Below, piece after piece: positions 11,290-20,557 of a stretch of DNA of 32,000 nt. The translations under genes and the position numbers were made by a program. Origin of the DNA: Candidatus Saccharimonadota bacterium (GTDB taxonomy: Bacteria; Pseudomonadota; Gammaproteobacteria; Enterobacterales; Enterobacteriaceae); the NCBI RefSeq assembly GCF_000973505.1, contig NZ_CP010048.1:300001-332000 (forward strand), written 5' to 3'. How positions within the stretch are numbered: position 1 is the stretch's first letter; every line of letters begins with the position of its first letter. The notes under the pieces were generated by a model, which saw only the letters and a program-made list of their open reading frames with translations, did no database searches and was not told the origin of the DNA.

Positions 11290-11859
11290 TTAAAAATTTT
11301 TATGTAATTTGATTATTTCTGGTAAATATGCCAAACTATCTATGATATAATCTGCAGAGTTTATGCCATGTTTTGTTATCATTTTACCGCTACGGACTAA
11401 AATTTTTGTTCCTATTCCTGCTGCTTGTCCTGCCAGCATATCCTCTGTAGTGTCCCCGATTATATAAGATTTATTCATATTAAGATTCAAATTCTTTTCT
11501 GCATTTAATAACATACCTGGTTTTGGTTTTCGACAATTGCAATTTTGTTTAAATTGTTTTATGGCCCCTTGGGGGTGATGTGGACAAAAATATATTCCAT
11601 CTATGTTTATTTGGTATGTTTTTAATATTTTGATCATCCATTTTGTTAGTTGAATAAATTGTTCTTTACTGAAGAATCCTCGTGCTATACCAGATTGATT
11701 TGTAACTATAATTAAGCAAAATTTCATTTTTTTTAATTGTATCATAGCATCTATAACTCCATTAATGAAAATGAAATTTGTTATGTTATATGAATATCCT
11801 TGGTCTATATTAATAGTACCATCACGGTCAAGAAATATACCAAATATGGAAGAGGACAT
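11290..11859 (-). CDS. gmhB: D-glycero-D-manno-heptose 1,7-bisphosphate 7-phosphatase
   Basis: It has the HAD motif FLDRDGTIN, TNQSGIARG, the Zn-site pattern CPHHP...CNCRKPKPGM, and GD...D. The 189-aa product is colinear with E. coli GmhB. Confidence 0.93.
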   Translation of the reverse strand: MSSSIFGIFLDRDGTINIDQGYSYNITNFIFINGVIDAMIQLKKMKFCLIIVTNQSGIARGFFSKEQFIQLTKWMIKILKTYQINIDGIYFCPHHPQGAIKQFKQNCNCRKPKPGMLLNAEKNLNLNMNKSYIIGDTTEDMLAGQAAGIGTKILVRSGKMITKHGINSADYIIDSLAYLPEIIKLHKNF

Positions 11860-12216
11860 AATGATTTCAAGTGGCTTATTTACAGTAATGTATTTAATTA
11901 ATATATGTATCCATATTGTTAATATTGTTCACGGTTTTTATTATAATTAAAATATCGTAATTTTATATATTATTGTCTAATGTTATTGTTTCATGAATGT
12001 ATGTACGTATTAAAAAGTATTTTAAATGCATAGCTATTATAATGAAATATAATTATTAATATAGTTTATTTTTTCAGGATAAAAAATTTTTTAAGTAATT
12101 TTTGTTAAAGTTAATAAGAAGATATTTATATTATAAAAATATATTAAATGATTTTTTATGTATTAAATCATGTTATATTATTAACAAAAAAGATCAATAT
12201 TAAAGCTAATGTTATT

Positions 12217-13947
12217 ATGCGCATGAGTCAGTATTTTCCAAAAACGTTTAAAAAAACATTTAAGCATGATGATAGCAATAATGTCAGTTATCAATTAATG
12301 TTACGTGCTGGTTTAATTCGTAAAGTTTCGGCTGGATTGTATGCTTGGTTGCCAACTGGTTTACGTGTTTTGCGTAAAGTAGAGAATATTATTCGTCAAG
12401 AAATGAATAAGATTGGGGGAATGGAAATTATTTTACCGATAGTACAACCAGCTGAATTATGGAAAATCAGTGGTCGTTTAATTCAATATGGTCCTGAATT
12501 GTTGCGATTTAAAAATAGAAAACATCAAGAGTTTATACTAAGTCCCACACATGAGGAATTAATAGCAAAAATTATTAATAAAGAAATTTTTTCTTATAAA
12601 CAATTACCTATAATTTTATACCAAATTCAAAATAAATTTCGTGATGAACTTCGTCCAAAATCCGGTATGTTACGTTGTCGTGAATTTTTAATGAAGGATG
12701 GATATTCTTTCCATTTAGATACTGAATCATTACAAAGCACCTATGATACGATATATCGTGCTTATAGTATTATTTTCAATAAATTTGGGTTAAATTTTCG
12801 AGTTATTCGAGCTGAATCGGGCAACATTGGAGGTAGCATTTCTCATGAGTTTCATGCATTAGCTGACCAAGGTGAAAATGTTGTTGTTTATTCTACTATG
12901 TCTGATTATGCTTCAAGTATTGATATAGCTGAATCACTTTCTTCTGTCTGCCATACAAGAGATACTTGTATAAAAGAAGATATACGTTTAGTAAAAATAT
13001 TTGATGTAGAAACAATTATGGACATTGTGTATAAATATAATGTATCTCGACAAAAAATTGTAAAAACATTTCTTGTTCGTGCTAATGAAAATATTGCATC
13101 TTCATTTGTAGCATTATTAATACGTTCTGATCATGAGCTTAGCTATACAAAAGTTGAAAAATTATCTCAAGTTAGTTTGCCTTTATCATTTGCTAATGAA
13201 AATGAAATTCGTTCTTTACTTGGTGTGAGTTCGTTGGTATTAGGTCCAATGAATTTACCATTTCCTATAATTGCAGATCGTGATGTAGCGATTTTGGATA
13301 ATTTTGTTGCAGGTGCTAATATTGATAATGGATATTTTTTTGGAATTAATTGGGGTCGTGATTTATCTCTACCAATAATTGCAGATTTACGAAAAGTTGT
13401 ATCTGGTGATTATAGTCCAGATGGAAAAGGTATGTTAAAAATTAGTCATAGCATTGAAATTGGACATATTTTTCAATTAGGCAGTAAGTATATTAGTTTA
13501 TTTTTATCAAAAGCACAAGGAAAAAACAAGAAAAATGTAGATCTTAAAATGGGTTGTTATGGCATTGGTGTAAGTCGTATAATTCCTGCTATTATTGAAC
13601 AAAACAATGATGAACATGGTATTATCTGGCCAGTAAGTGTTGCTCCATTTTTTTTGGCTATTATACCAATTAATATGCATCAATCTTGTAGTGTTGCTCA
13701 GGTAGCTGAGACACTTTATCATGAGTGTTCCATTTTAGAAATTGATATTTTATTGGATGATCGTAATGAAACTGCAGGTGTGATGTTTTCAGATATTGAT
13801 TTAATTGGTATTCCTCATAGTATTATCATTTCTGATTCAACTTTACATTTTGGAGAAGTAGAATATAAGTATAGAAATAATCATATGAAAAGAAAGGTTA
13901 AACTTGACAATATTATGGATTTTTTAAATACATTGCTATTGTCATAG
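12217..13947 (+). CDS. proS: prolyl-tRNA synthetase (bacterial type with the INS editing domain)
   Basis: MRMSQYF aligns with E. coli MRTSQYL. The motifs SHQLMLRAG-like YQLMLRAGLIRK, FRDELRPKSGMLRCREFLMKDGYSFH, GCYGIGVSR and GIPHSII are present. The ORF-track start at 12148 adds 23 non-homologous codons. Confidence 0.95.
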   Translation: MRMSQYFPKTFKKTFKHDDSNNVSYQLMLRAGLIRKVSAGLYAWLPTGLRVLRKVENIIRQEMNKIGGMEIILPIVQPAELWKISGRLIQYGPELLRFKNRKHQEFILSPTHEELIAKIINKEIFSYKQLPIILYQIQNKFRDELRPKSGMLRCREFLMKDGYSFHLDTESLQSTYDTIYRAYSIIFNKFGLNFRVIRAESGNIGGSISHEFHALADQGENVVVYSTMSDYASSIDIAESLSSVCHTRDTCIKEDIRLVKIFDVETIMDIVYKYNVSRQKIVKTFLVRANENIASSFVALLIRSDHELSYTKVEKLSQVSLPLSFANENEIRSLLGVSSLVLGPMNLPFPIIADRDVAILDNFVAGANIDNGYFFGINWGRDLSLPIIADLRKVVSGDYSPDGKGMLKISHSIEIGHIFQLGSKYISLFLSKAQGKNKKNVDLKMGCYGIGVSRIIPAIIEQNNDEHGIIWPVSVAPFFLAIIPINMHQSCSVAQVAETLYHECSILEIDILLDDRNETAGVMFSDIDLIGIPHSIIISDSTLHFGEVEYKYRNNHMKRKVKLDNIMDFLNTLLLS

Positions 13948-13984
13948 ATATCAATATATTATTATATATATATGTATATATGCG

Positions 13985-14006
13985 TTGCTACAAATAGCGA
14001 AATTTT
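13985..14006 (+). terminator. possible intrinsic terminator after proS
   Basis: TTGCTA (13985-13990) pairs with TAGCGA (13995-14000), including one G.U pair, around a CAAA loop, and is followed by AATTTTG. The hairpin is weak but is the only G/C-containing one in the proS/tilS convergent spacer. Confidence 0.25.
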
Positions 14007-14133
14007 GTCAATTAAATATATATATCTATTTGTTTATTTATAGTATTTATATATTTTTTTAATATTTATTGTTTTTTTTAATATTGTTTTTTTAATAAAT
14101 ATTGAATATCGGGTATCAATCATTTATTAATTG

Positions 14134-15633
14134 TTATTTTATTGTTTTTTGTAACCAAAAAATTCCGGCTACTTTTGATTTATTTGTTATATTTCCATCT
14201 TGTGTTGTAAATATCCCAAGGGCTGAAATTAATTTATTATTATAGAATAATAGAGGGGTATTGTTTCGAATCCAAGGTGGTATTTTAAGTTCTTGCCATA
14301 TTTTTTTTATTTTTTTACTATGTACTTTACCAATAATGCGTATGTTACTATTTTGTAAATATTTAAATCGTATTGAGATTTTTTCTTGTTTATTGGGGGA
14401 TCTTACTAAGGATAAAGTTAATATTTTTTTATTAATATAATTAGATTGCCAAAAATTGTTTGGTAATAATATTATTTTTTTAATATGATTTTTTTTTTCA
14501 TCTAATAAATAACTTTTTATATTAGATGATTTTATCGAGGTTAGTGTTCCAAGGTTGTTTGGTAATGTTATTCTTTTTTTAAAATTATTCCACGGAATTA
14601 TAATATCATTTAATAATGTTTGTGTTGATTTGGGAATAATATATAGTCTATTTTGAAAACGACGGAGTAAATTTTCTTTATTTAATACCATAATTGGTGT
14701 TGAATCTTTTTTACTGAGTATAATGTTGTTCCATATATGATTTAACTTATCGTATGATGGCATTTGTATATTAAAATTAGTTAGCCAACGTCGTATTAAT
14801 GCTTGCCTTTTTTGTATACTCATATGAATAAGTGGTTTTAATAATAATGATTGATCAGTATGATATAATGACTTTAGTTCTTGTTGTAATAATTCATCTA
14901 ATAAAGTTTCTTGTTCAGCACATAATTGTGCACTTCGTGATATTGTGTGATTAATTCCTGGCCATCTATTTTTTAGTATTGGCATAATTTGTAATCGTAA
15001 AAAATTACGGTCGAAACGTGTGTTTGAATTACTGTTATCCGTTATCCAAATTAATTTTTTTTTCTTTGCATATAATTGTATTTGTTCTTTAGTACACTGT
15101 AAGAATGGGCGGAGTAACAGTTGATATTTAGAAAAAAAAGTTTTTTTTTGCATTCCTGACAAACCTTTAGGTCCACTTCCCCGTTTTAAAGCGAGTAAAA
15201 AAGTTTCAGCTTGATCATTTAAATGCTGTGCAGTAAGTAATGTTTCTTGTTTATATATATTTTCAAATAGTTTTTGATAACGTATTTGACGTGCTGTAGC
15301 TTCAATGCCCCCTTGATTATTTTTTTTGTTATAATGAGCATAGATAAGATTAAATGGAATGTTTCGTTTTTTACATTCTTTGAAGCAGTGCTTTGCCCAA
15401 TGATTTGAATAGTAATTTAATCCATGATGTATATGAATTGCACGTAATGTGAATGGTGTGGATATATTATATGTATTTGATTGTGTTTGAGTATTAATAG
15501 TATGTAATATATCTAATAATACTGTAGAATCTAATCCACCACTAAATGCTAATACTAGCTTGGAATGATTTTGTATATGTTGAATAACTTCTTGATATAA
15601 TTGATCTTCGGGGGTTAATGTATTAATTAGCAT
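14134..15633 (-). CDS. tilS: tRNA(Ile)-lysidine synthetase
   Basis: It has the PP-loop LAFSGGLDSTVLL plus TAQHLNDQAETFLLALKRGSG, FDRNFLRLQ, AQLCAEQETLLDELL and the C-terminal KIWQELKIPPWIRNNTPLLFY. The product is 499 aa versus about 432 in E. coli. Confidence 0.93.
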   Translation of the reverse strand: MLINTLTPEDQLYQEVIQHIQNHSKLVLAFSGGLDSTVLLDILHTINTQTQSNTYNISTPFTLRAIHIHHGLNYYSNHWAKHCFKECKKRNIPFNLIYAHYNKKNNQGGIEATARQIRYQKLFENIYKQETLLTAQHLNDQAETFLLALKRGSGPKGLSGMQKKTFFSKYQLLLRPFLQCTKEQIQLYAKKKKLIWITDNSNSNTRFDRNFLRLQIMPILKNRWPGINHTISRSAQLCAEQETLLDELLQQELKSLYHTDQSLLLKPLIHMSIQKRQALIRRWLTNFNIQMPSYDKLNHIWNNIILSKKDSTPIMVLNKENLLRRFQNRLYIIPKSTQTLLNDIIIPWNNFKKRITLPNNLGTLTSIKSSNIKSYLLDEKKNHIKKIILLPNNFWQSNYINKKILTLSLVRSPNKQEKISIRFKYLQNSNIRIIGKVHSKKIKKIWQELKIPPWIRNNTPLLFYNNKLISALGIFTTQDGNITNKSKVAGIFWLQKTIK

Positions 15634-15799
15634 ATTTATTTTTATAATTATTATAGAATAATATTTATTTTAAATAGAAAACTAATATTCATATAAGGTT
15701 AATTGTTAATATAAAAAAATGCGTTGTTTTACTCAATTTTTTTTAATAATTATGTGTGTTAAATGTGATTATTTTCCATGTTGACTATAAATAATAAAA

Positions 15800-16759
15800 T
15801 TAACAATAACCATAATTCATAAGACGATTATAACGTCTATTGATGAGTTCTTTATCTGTTAGTAAATCCAGTTCTGATAAATCTAGAAATAATTGTGTTT
15901 TGATTGAGGTGGATATATCTATTATGTTTCTGTGGGCTCCACCAATGGGTTCAGATATAATGTTATCTATAAGACCAAGTTCTTTTAAACGTGGTGCAAT
16001 TATACTCATAGCTTCAGCAGCTACTGGTGCTTTTTCTATATTTTTCCATAAAATTGAAGCGCATCCTTCTGGAGAAATTACAGAATATGTACTATATTGC
16101 AACATATTTATTTTGTCACCTACGCTAATTGCTAATGCGCCACCTGATCCACCTTCGCCAATAATTGTACAAATTATTGGAGTGTTTAAAACAGACATTG
16201 TGCGTAAATTTTTTGCAATAGCTTCTGATTGTCCTCGTTCTTCTGCACCAATTCCCGGATATGCTCCTGGAGTATCGATAAATGTGATTAGTGGCATTTT
16301 AAAACGTTCTGCTAATTGCATTAATCTGAGAGATTTTCTATAACCTTCTGGAGCTGGCATGCCGAAATTTCTACGAATGTTTTCTTTTATTTCTCGTCCT
16401 TTTTGGTGTCCAATAATCATAACTGGTCTATTATCAAGACGTGCTATACCTCCAACAATAGCCTTATCATCGGAGTAAATGCGATCTCCAGATAATTCGT
16501 CAAAGTCGTCAAAAATATATTGTATGTAATCTAGGGTATGTGGTCGACACGGATGTCTAGCTAATTGTGAAATTTGCCAGGCAGTTAAATTAGAAAAAAT
16601 TTTTTGAATTAATCGAGTGTGTTTTTTTTTAAGTCGTTGAATTTCTGTATTAAAATTAATATTAAGTGTTTTATCTTTTTCATTTAATTGTATTAATTCG
16701 TGAATTTTTTCTTCTAGATCTACGATAGGCTGTTCAAAATCGAGAAAATTTAAATTCAT
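15800..16759 (-). CDS. accA: acetyl-CoA carboxylase carboxyltransferase alpha subunit
   Basis: The 319-aa product, the same length as E. coli AccA, contains [54 protein letters not shown] and ends YGYC. AGGA lies 5 nt upstream of the ATG. Confidence 0.97.
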   Translation of the reverse strand: MNLNFLDFEQPIVDLEEKIHELIQLNEKDKTLNINFNTEIQRLKKKHTRLIQKIFSNLTAWQISQLARHPCRPHTLDYIQYIFDDFDELSGDRIYSDDKAIVGGIARLDNRPVMIIGHQKGREIKENIRRNFGMPAPEGYRKSLRLMQLAERFKMPLITFIDTPGAYPGIGAEERGQSEAIAKNLRTMSVLNTPIICTIIGEGGSGGALAISVGDKINMLQYSTYSVISPEGCASILWKNIEKAPVAAEAMSIIAPRLKELGLIDNIISEPIGGAHRNIIDISTSIKTQLFLDLSELDLLTDKELINRRYNRLMNYGYC

Positions 16760-16775
16760 AATATTCCTACTTTTT

Positions 16776-17024
16776 TTAAAATGTTGACTTGTATTTGTTA
16801 ATTGTCTTTTAATTAGTAAAGTTTGTCTAATAATGTATCAGTAATTGCTATTTTTTATTTTTTTTGTTAAAAAATATTTGTTTTTATGTATTTATTTAAT
16901 TATTACAGATAAAATGATACTGTTAGTATTTCTGTTTGATGTTTTTTAAACATGTATATATTCATATTAAAAATTTATCATGTATTTAAGTATATGTTAA
17001 GAAGATAGATGAACTTTTTGAATA
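16776..17024 (-). pseudogene. dnaE: degenerate remnant of the last ~81 codons of dnaE (tau-binding C-terminal domain)
   Basis: Reading on in the dnaE frame past the TAA gives YSKSSSIFLTYT*IHDKFLI*IYTCLKNIKQKY*QYHFICNN*... This aligns without gaps to E. coli [41 protein letters not shown]. There are 9 stops in 83 codons. The last stop falls within one codon of the E. coli stop position and 16 nt before the accA start. Confidence 0.6.
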
Positions 17025-20000
17025 TTATTTACGTGTGTTATTGATATTTGTGATTGTATTAGCAGTTATTCTAAATCTGTTATACGTGTTATCAATATTA
17101 ACTTTCCCTTGTATTAATAGAATTGATTTATGGTTTATGTAATTTTTGAGTTTATTTAGTAATGTGGATCGAATAATTATTTCTAATTCTCCGGTATTGT
17201 CATCTATAGTACATAAAGCAATTTGATTGTTATTTTTAGTATTAATAATTTTTTTTGATATTAATAATCCAACAATGGATACAGTTTTATTATTTGATAT
17301 ATATACTATTTCGTTTATTTTTTTTATTGATGGAAAGATTTTTTTGTAGTTGTGTATTTCTTTCAAGTATTTGTTAATGGGATGGTTACTTAAATACATT
17401 CCGATGATTTCTCGTTCTTTATGTAGTAAAGTTTCTTCAGAATATTTTGATGGTTTGCTTTTATTTGATGTATTTGGTTCTGTAATTAATATTTCAAACA
17501 TATCGTGTTGATGATTAATTTTATTATTAATATATTGATTAGCAGTTTTTATTGTATAATCAAGTGATTGTATTAATTGTGTGCGACTAGTTCCAAAACA
17601 ATCACATGTTCCAGAAAAAATTAATTTTTCTATAATTTTTTTATTTAAGTTTTTTTCTTGACTAAACGTACATAAATCAAATAAATTTTTAAATATTCCA
17701 TAATTATTTCGTATAGTAATAATAGATTGAATTGTATGTTCTCCTAACCCTTTTATAGCACCCATTCCATAAATAATTTCATGATTATCATTAACATGAA
17801 AGTGATATTGACTGGTATTGATATTAGGCGGTAATATTTTAATCATCATTCGCTGACATTCGCGGATCAATTTAATAATTTTATCTATATTATCTATATC
17901 TGCGTTTAAAGTAGATGCCATAAATTCGGCCGGATGATGTGTTTTCAACCATAATGTTTGGTATGATAATAATGCATAAGCAGCAGAATGAGATTTATTA
18001 AAACCATATCCAGAAAACTTTTCTACTAGATCGAAAATTTTCATTGAAAGTGTATTATCGATACCAAGTTTATGTGCCCCTGCTTGAAAGATTGATCGTT
18101 GTTTAGCCATTTCTTTTGGTTGCTTTTTCCCTATTGCACGCCGTAGTACATCTGCATCTGCCAAACTATATCCTGCCAATACTTGAGCGATTTGCATGAC
18201 TTGTTCTTGATAAAGGATAATACCATATGTAGATTCAAGAACTGGTTTTAAACTATCGTGTTGCCATTGGCTATCCGGATAAAAAATTTTTTCTCGGCCA
18301 TGTTTTCTGTTAATAAAATTATCAACCATTCCTGATTGTAATGGTCCTGGTCGAAATAGTGCAATTAATGCGATAATATCTTCAAAGCAGTCTGGTTGTA
18401 ATCTTTTAATGAGTTCTTTTATACCTTTAGATTCTAATTGAAATATGGCGGTAGTTTCTCCAGTTTGCAATATTTTAAAGCTTTTTTTGTCATTCAATGG
18501 GATTGTATTAATATCAATTAGTGATAAATTATTTTTTAATGATCTTTGATTAATAATTTTTAATGTTGAATCAATAATTGTCAGTGTTCTTAAACCAAGA
18601 AAATCAAATTTTATTAAACCTATACGTTCGATATCATCTTTGTCAAATTGCGTCATTGGATATTTTCCTCCTTTATCGTAATATAAAGGAGCAAAATCAG
18701 TAATTGTAGTTGGTGCAATCACTATCCCCCCGGCATGTTTCCCTACGTTTTTAATTACGCCTTCTAGTTGAAATGCCATGTCAATCAATGATTTTATATC
18801 TTCATTTTCATGATAGGACGAGCATAATTTTTGTGAAGTATTGAAAGCTTTTTTCAATGTAATTCTTGGTTCTAATGGTATTAATTTTGAAATTTTATCC
18901 ACGAAAATATAAGGATATTCTAAAACGCGTCCAACGTCTTTAATTACTGCTCGAGCGGACATTGTGGCAAATGTAATAATTTGAGAGACTGCATTATTTC
19001 CGTAAGTTTTTATTACATGATCAATAACCATATCACGTTTTTCCATGCAAAAATCGATATCTAAATCAGGCATTGATATACGTTCAGGATTTAAAAATCT
19101 TTCAAACAATAAATTAAATTGCAATGGATTAAGATCTGTAATTTTTAATGCATACGCTACTAATGAGCTAGCCCCAGAACCTCTTCCTGGTCCGACTGGT
19201 ATACAATTTTTTTTTGCCCACTGTATAAATTCCATGACAATTAAAAAATAACCCGGGAATCCCATATTGTTTATCATTTGTAATTCATTATTTAATCGGT
19301 TATCATAATTTTTTCGTTGTATATATCGATCAGCGGGATTTGGAAATAATTTTTTTAATCGTTCTTCTAATCCATTTTTGGCATGTTTGATTAAAAATGT
19401 TGTGATTGGAGTTTTTCCAGTTGGAAATTTTGGTAGAAAAAATTGATTAAATTTCATTGTTAAATTGCATCTTTTTGCAATTTCTACAGTATTTGTTAAA
19501 GCTGCTGGGATGTCGAAAAAAAGCTTGCACATATCTTGTTCATTACGCATAAATTGTTGTGGTGTATATGTTTGCGATTTTTTGATATTTTCGTATGTTG
19601 TTCCTTTATGTATAGCAACACGAATTTGGTGTGCTTTAAAATCTTTCGCATGAATAAACCTGACATTATTAGTAGCAACTAGTGGTATTTTTTTTTGTAT
19701 AGCTATTGTAATAATTTTATTTAAATAAATTGTTTCATTTGTTTGTCCAGTTCTTGTGATTTCAAAATAATATCGATCATGAAAGTATTTCATGTAAAAT
19801 AATATACATTGTTCTATTTGTGAGGTATTGTGATATATTAAATATTGACCAATATCTCCTTTATATCCTCCAGATAATAAAATTAATCCTTCATTATGTT
19901 CAGATAGTAAACTATATGTTATAGTTGGTATAATTGTTTGAGTATAGGATCTATTTCGATATGCTTTTGAAATAATATTAATTAAATTTTTATATCCTGT

Positions 20001-20264
20001 GTTATTAGCTGCTAAGCATGTTACTTCAAAATATTTATTATGAAATTTTATTAAAAAATCGCTGCCGATAATTGGTTTGATTCCAAGATTATGAGCATAT
20101 GAGTAGAATTTTATTGAACCAAATATATTTGTGAAATCAGTGATAGCTAATGCTGGCATATTCAAATATGCGGCTTGTTCTACTAAAGAATGAATTTTGG
20201 CTAATCCATCAATCATGGAATAATCGCTATGAATATGGAGGTGAATAAAATTTGGTTCCTTCAT
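17025..20264 (-). CDS. dnaE: DNA polymerase III alpha subunit, C-terminally truncated (1079 aa)
   Basis: MKEPNFIHLHIHSDYSMIDGLAK (PHP domain), PVGPGRGSGASSLVAYALKITD, the catalytic MPDLDIDF and FDFLGLRTL, YGFNKSHSAAYA and the internal clamp motif QHDMF are all present. It is colinear with E. coli DnaE from residue 1 to about 1079. Confidence 0.96.
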   Translation of the reverse strand: MKEPNFIHLHIHSDYSMIDGLAKIHSLVEQAAYLNMPALAITDFTNIFGSIKFYSYAHNLGIKPIIGSDFLIKFHNKYFEVTCLAANNTGYKNLINIISKAYRNRSYTQTIIPTITYSLLSEHNEGLILLSGGYKGDIGQYLIYHNTSQIEQCILFYMKYFHDRYYFEITRTGQTNETIYLNKIITIAIQKKIPLVATNNVRFIHAKDFKAHQIRVAIHKGTTYENIKKSQTYTPQQFMRNEQDMCKLFFDIPAALTNTVEIAKRCNLTMKFNQFFLPKFPTGKTPITTFLIKHAKNGLEERLKKLFPNPADRYIQRKNYDNRLNNELQMINNMGFPGYFLIVMEFIQWAKKNCIPVGPGRGSGASSLVAYALKITDLNPLQFNLLFERFLNPERISMPDLDIDFCMEKRDMVIDHVIKTYGNNAVSQIITFATMSARAVIKDVGRVLEYPYIFVDKISKLIPLEPRITLKKAFNTSQKLCSSYHENEDIKSLIDMAFQLEGVIKNVGKHAGGIVIAPTTITDFAPLYYDKGGKYPMTQFDKDDIERIGLIKFDFLGLRTLTIIDSTLKIINQRSLKNNLSLIDINTIPLNDKKSFKILQTGETTAIFQLESKGIKELIKRLQPDCFEDIIALIALFRPGPLQSGMVDNFINRKHGREKIFYPDSQWQHDSLKPVLESTYGIILYQEQVMQIAQVLAGYSLADADVLRRAIGKKQPKEMAKQRSIFQAGAHKLGIDNTLSMKIFDLVEKFSGYGFNKSHSAAYALLSYQTLWLKTHHPAEFMASTLNADIDNIDKIIKLIRECQRMMIKILPPNINTSQYHFHVNDNHEIIYGMGAIKGLGEHTIQSIITIRNNYGIFKNLFDLCTFSQEKNLNKKIIEKLIFSGTCDCFGTSRTQLIQSLDYTIKTANQYINNKINHQHDMFEILITEPNTSNKSKPSKYSEETLLHKEREIIGMYLSNHPINKYLKEIHNYKKIFPSIKKINEIVYISNNKTVSIVGLLISKKIINTKNNNQIALCTIDDNTGELEIIIRSTLLNKLKNYINHKSILLIQGKVNIDNTYNRFRITANTITNINNTRK

Positions 20265-20557
20265 TTTAATGTTATTTTATAAATATACTTTAAATATTGA
20301 ATACAAAACTAGTTAAATTAGTTGTAATATTTTATTATGTATAATATTTTTGCAATTTTAATTACAAAATATGCGATTTATTTATAATAATGCATAATTT
20401 AAATATTAGCACAATATTTATTTTTTTGACTATTACATGATTCATATTATATTTATTATATTATTGATGTATGTTAAATTGATATTTTTAATTTTAATAT
20501 ATTGATAGATGATCGCATCATAATATATATTATTAGTAGTTTTTTGTGAAATTGTTA

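Noticed and set aside
11765-11950. A 61-codon plus-strand ORF starting antisense inside gmhB. Similar short ORFs occur at 5429-5617, 6158-6424, 13507-13722, 19045-19251, 19465-19678, 20566-20751, 21951-22142 and 31092-31301.
   Set aside because: All overlap conserved genes or the orphan ORF on either strand, are short, lack SD sequences and lack recognisable domains.
13948-14133. A (TA)n-like run (about 13963-13982) and recurring TTTTTTAATATT(G/T) strings in the proS/tilS spacer, considered as a tandem repeat or CRISPR-like array.
   Set aside because: This is low-complexity A/T sequence without a fixed period, without conserved repeat units of CRISPR size, and without unique spacers.
15778-16789. 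The same 9-mer ATGTTGACT occurs in both spacers flanking accA (15778-15786 and 16781-16789). I considered a repeated intergenic element or promoter.
   Set aside because: With this base composition, hundreds of 9-mer coincidences are expected among a few kb of spacers. The flanks do not extend the match. The TTGACT faces the wrong way to drive any nearby gene.
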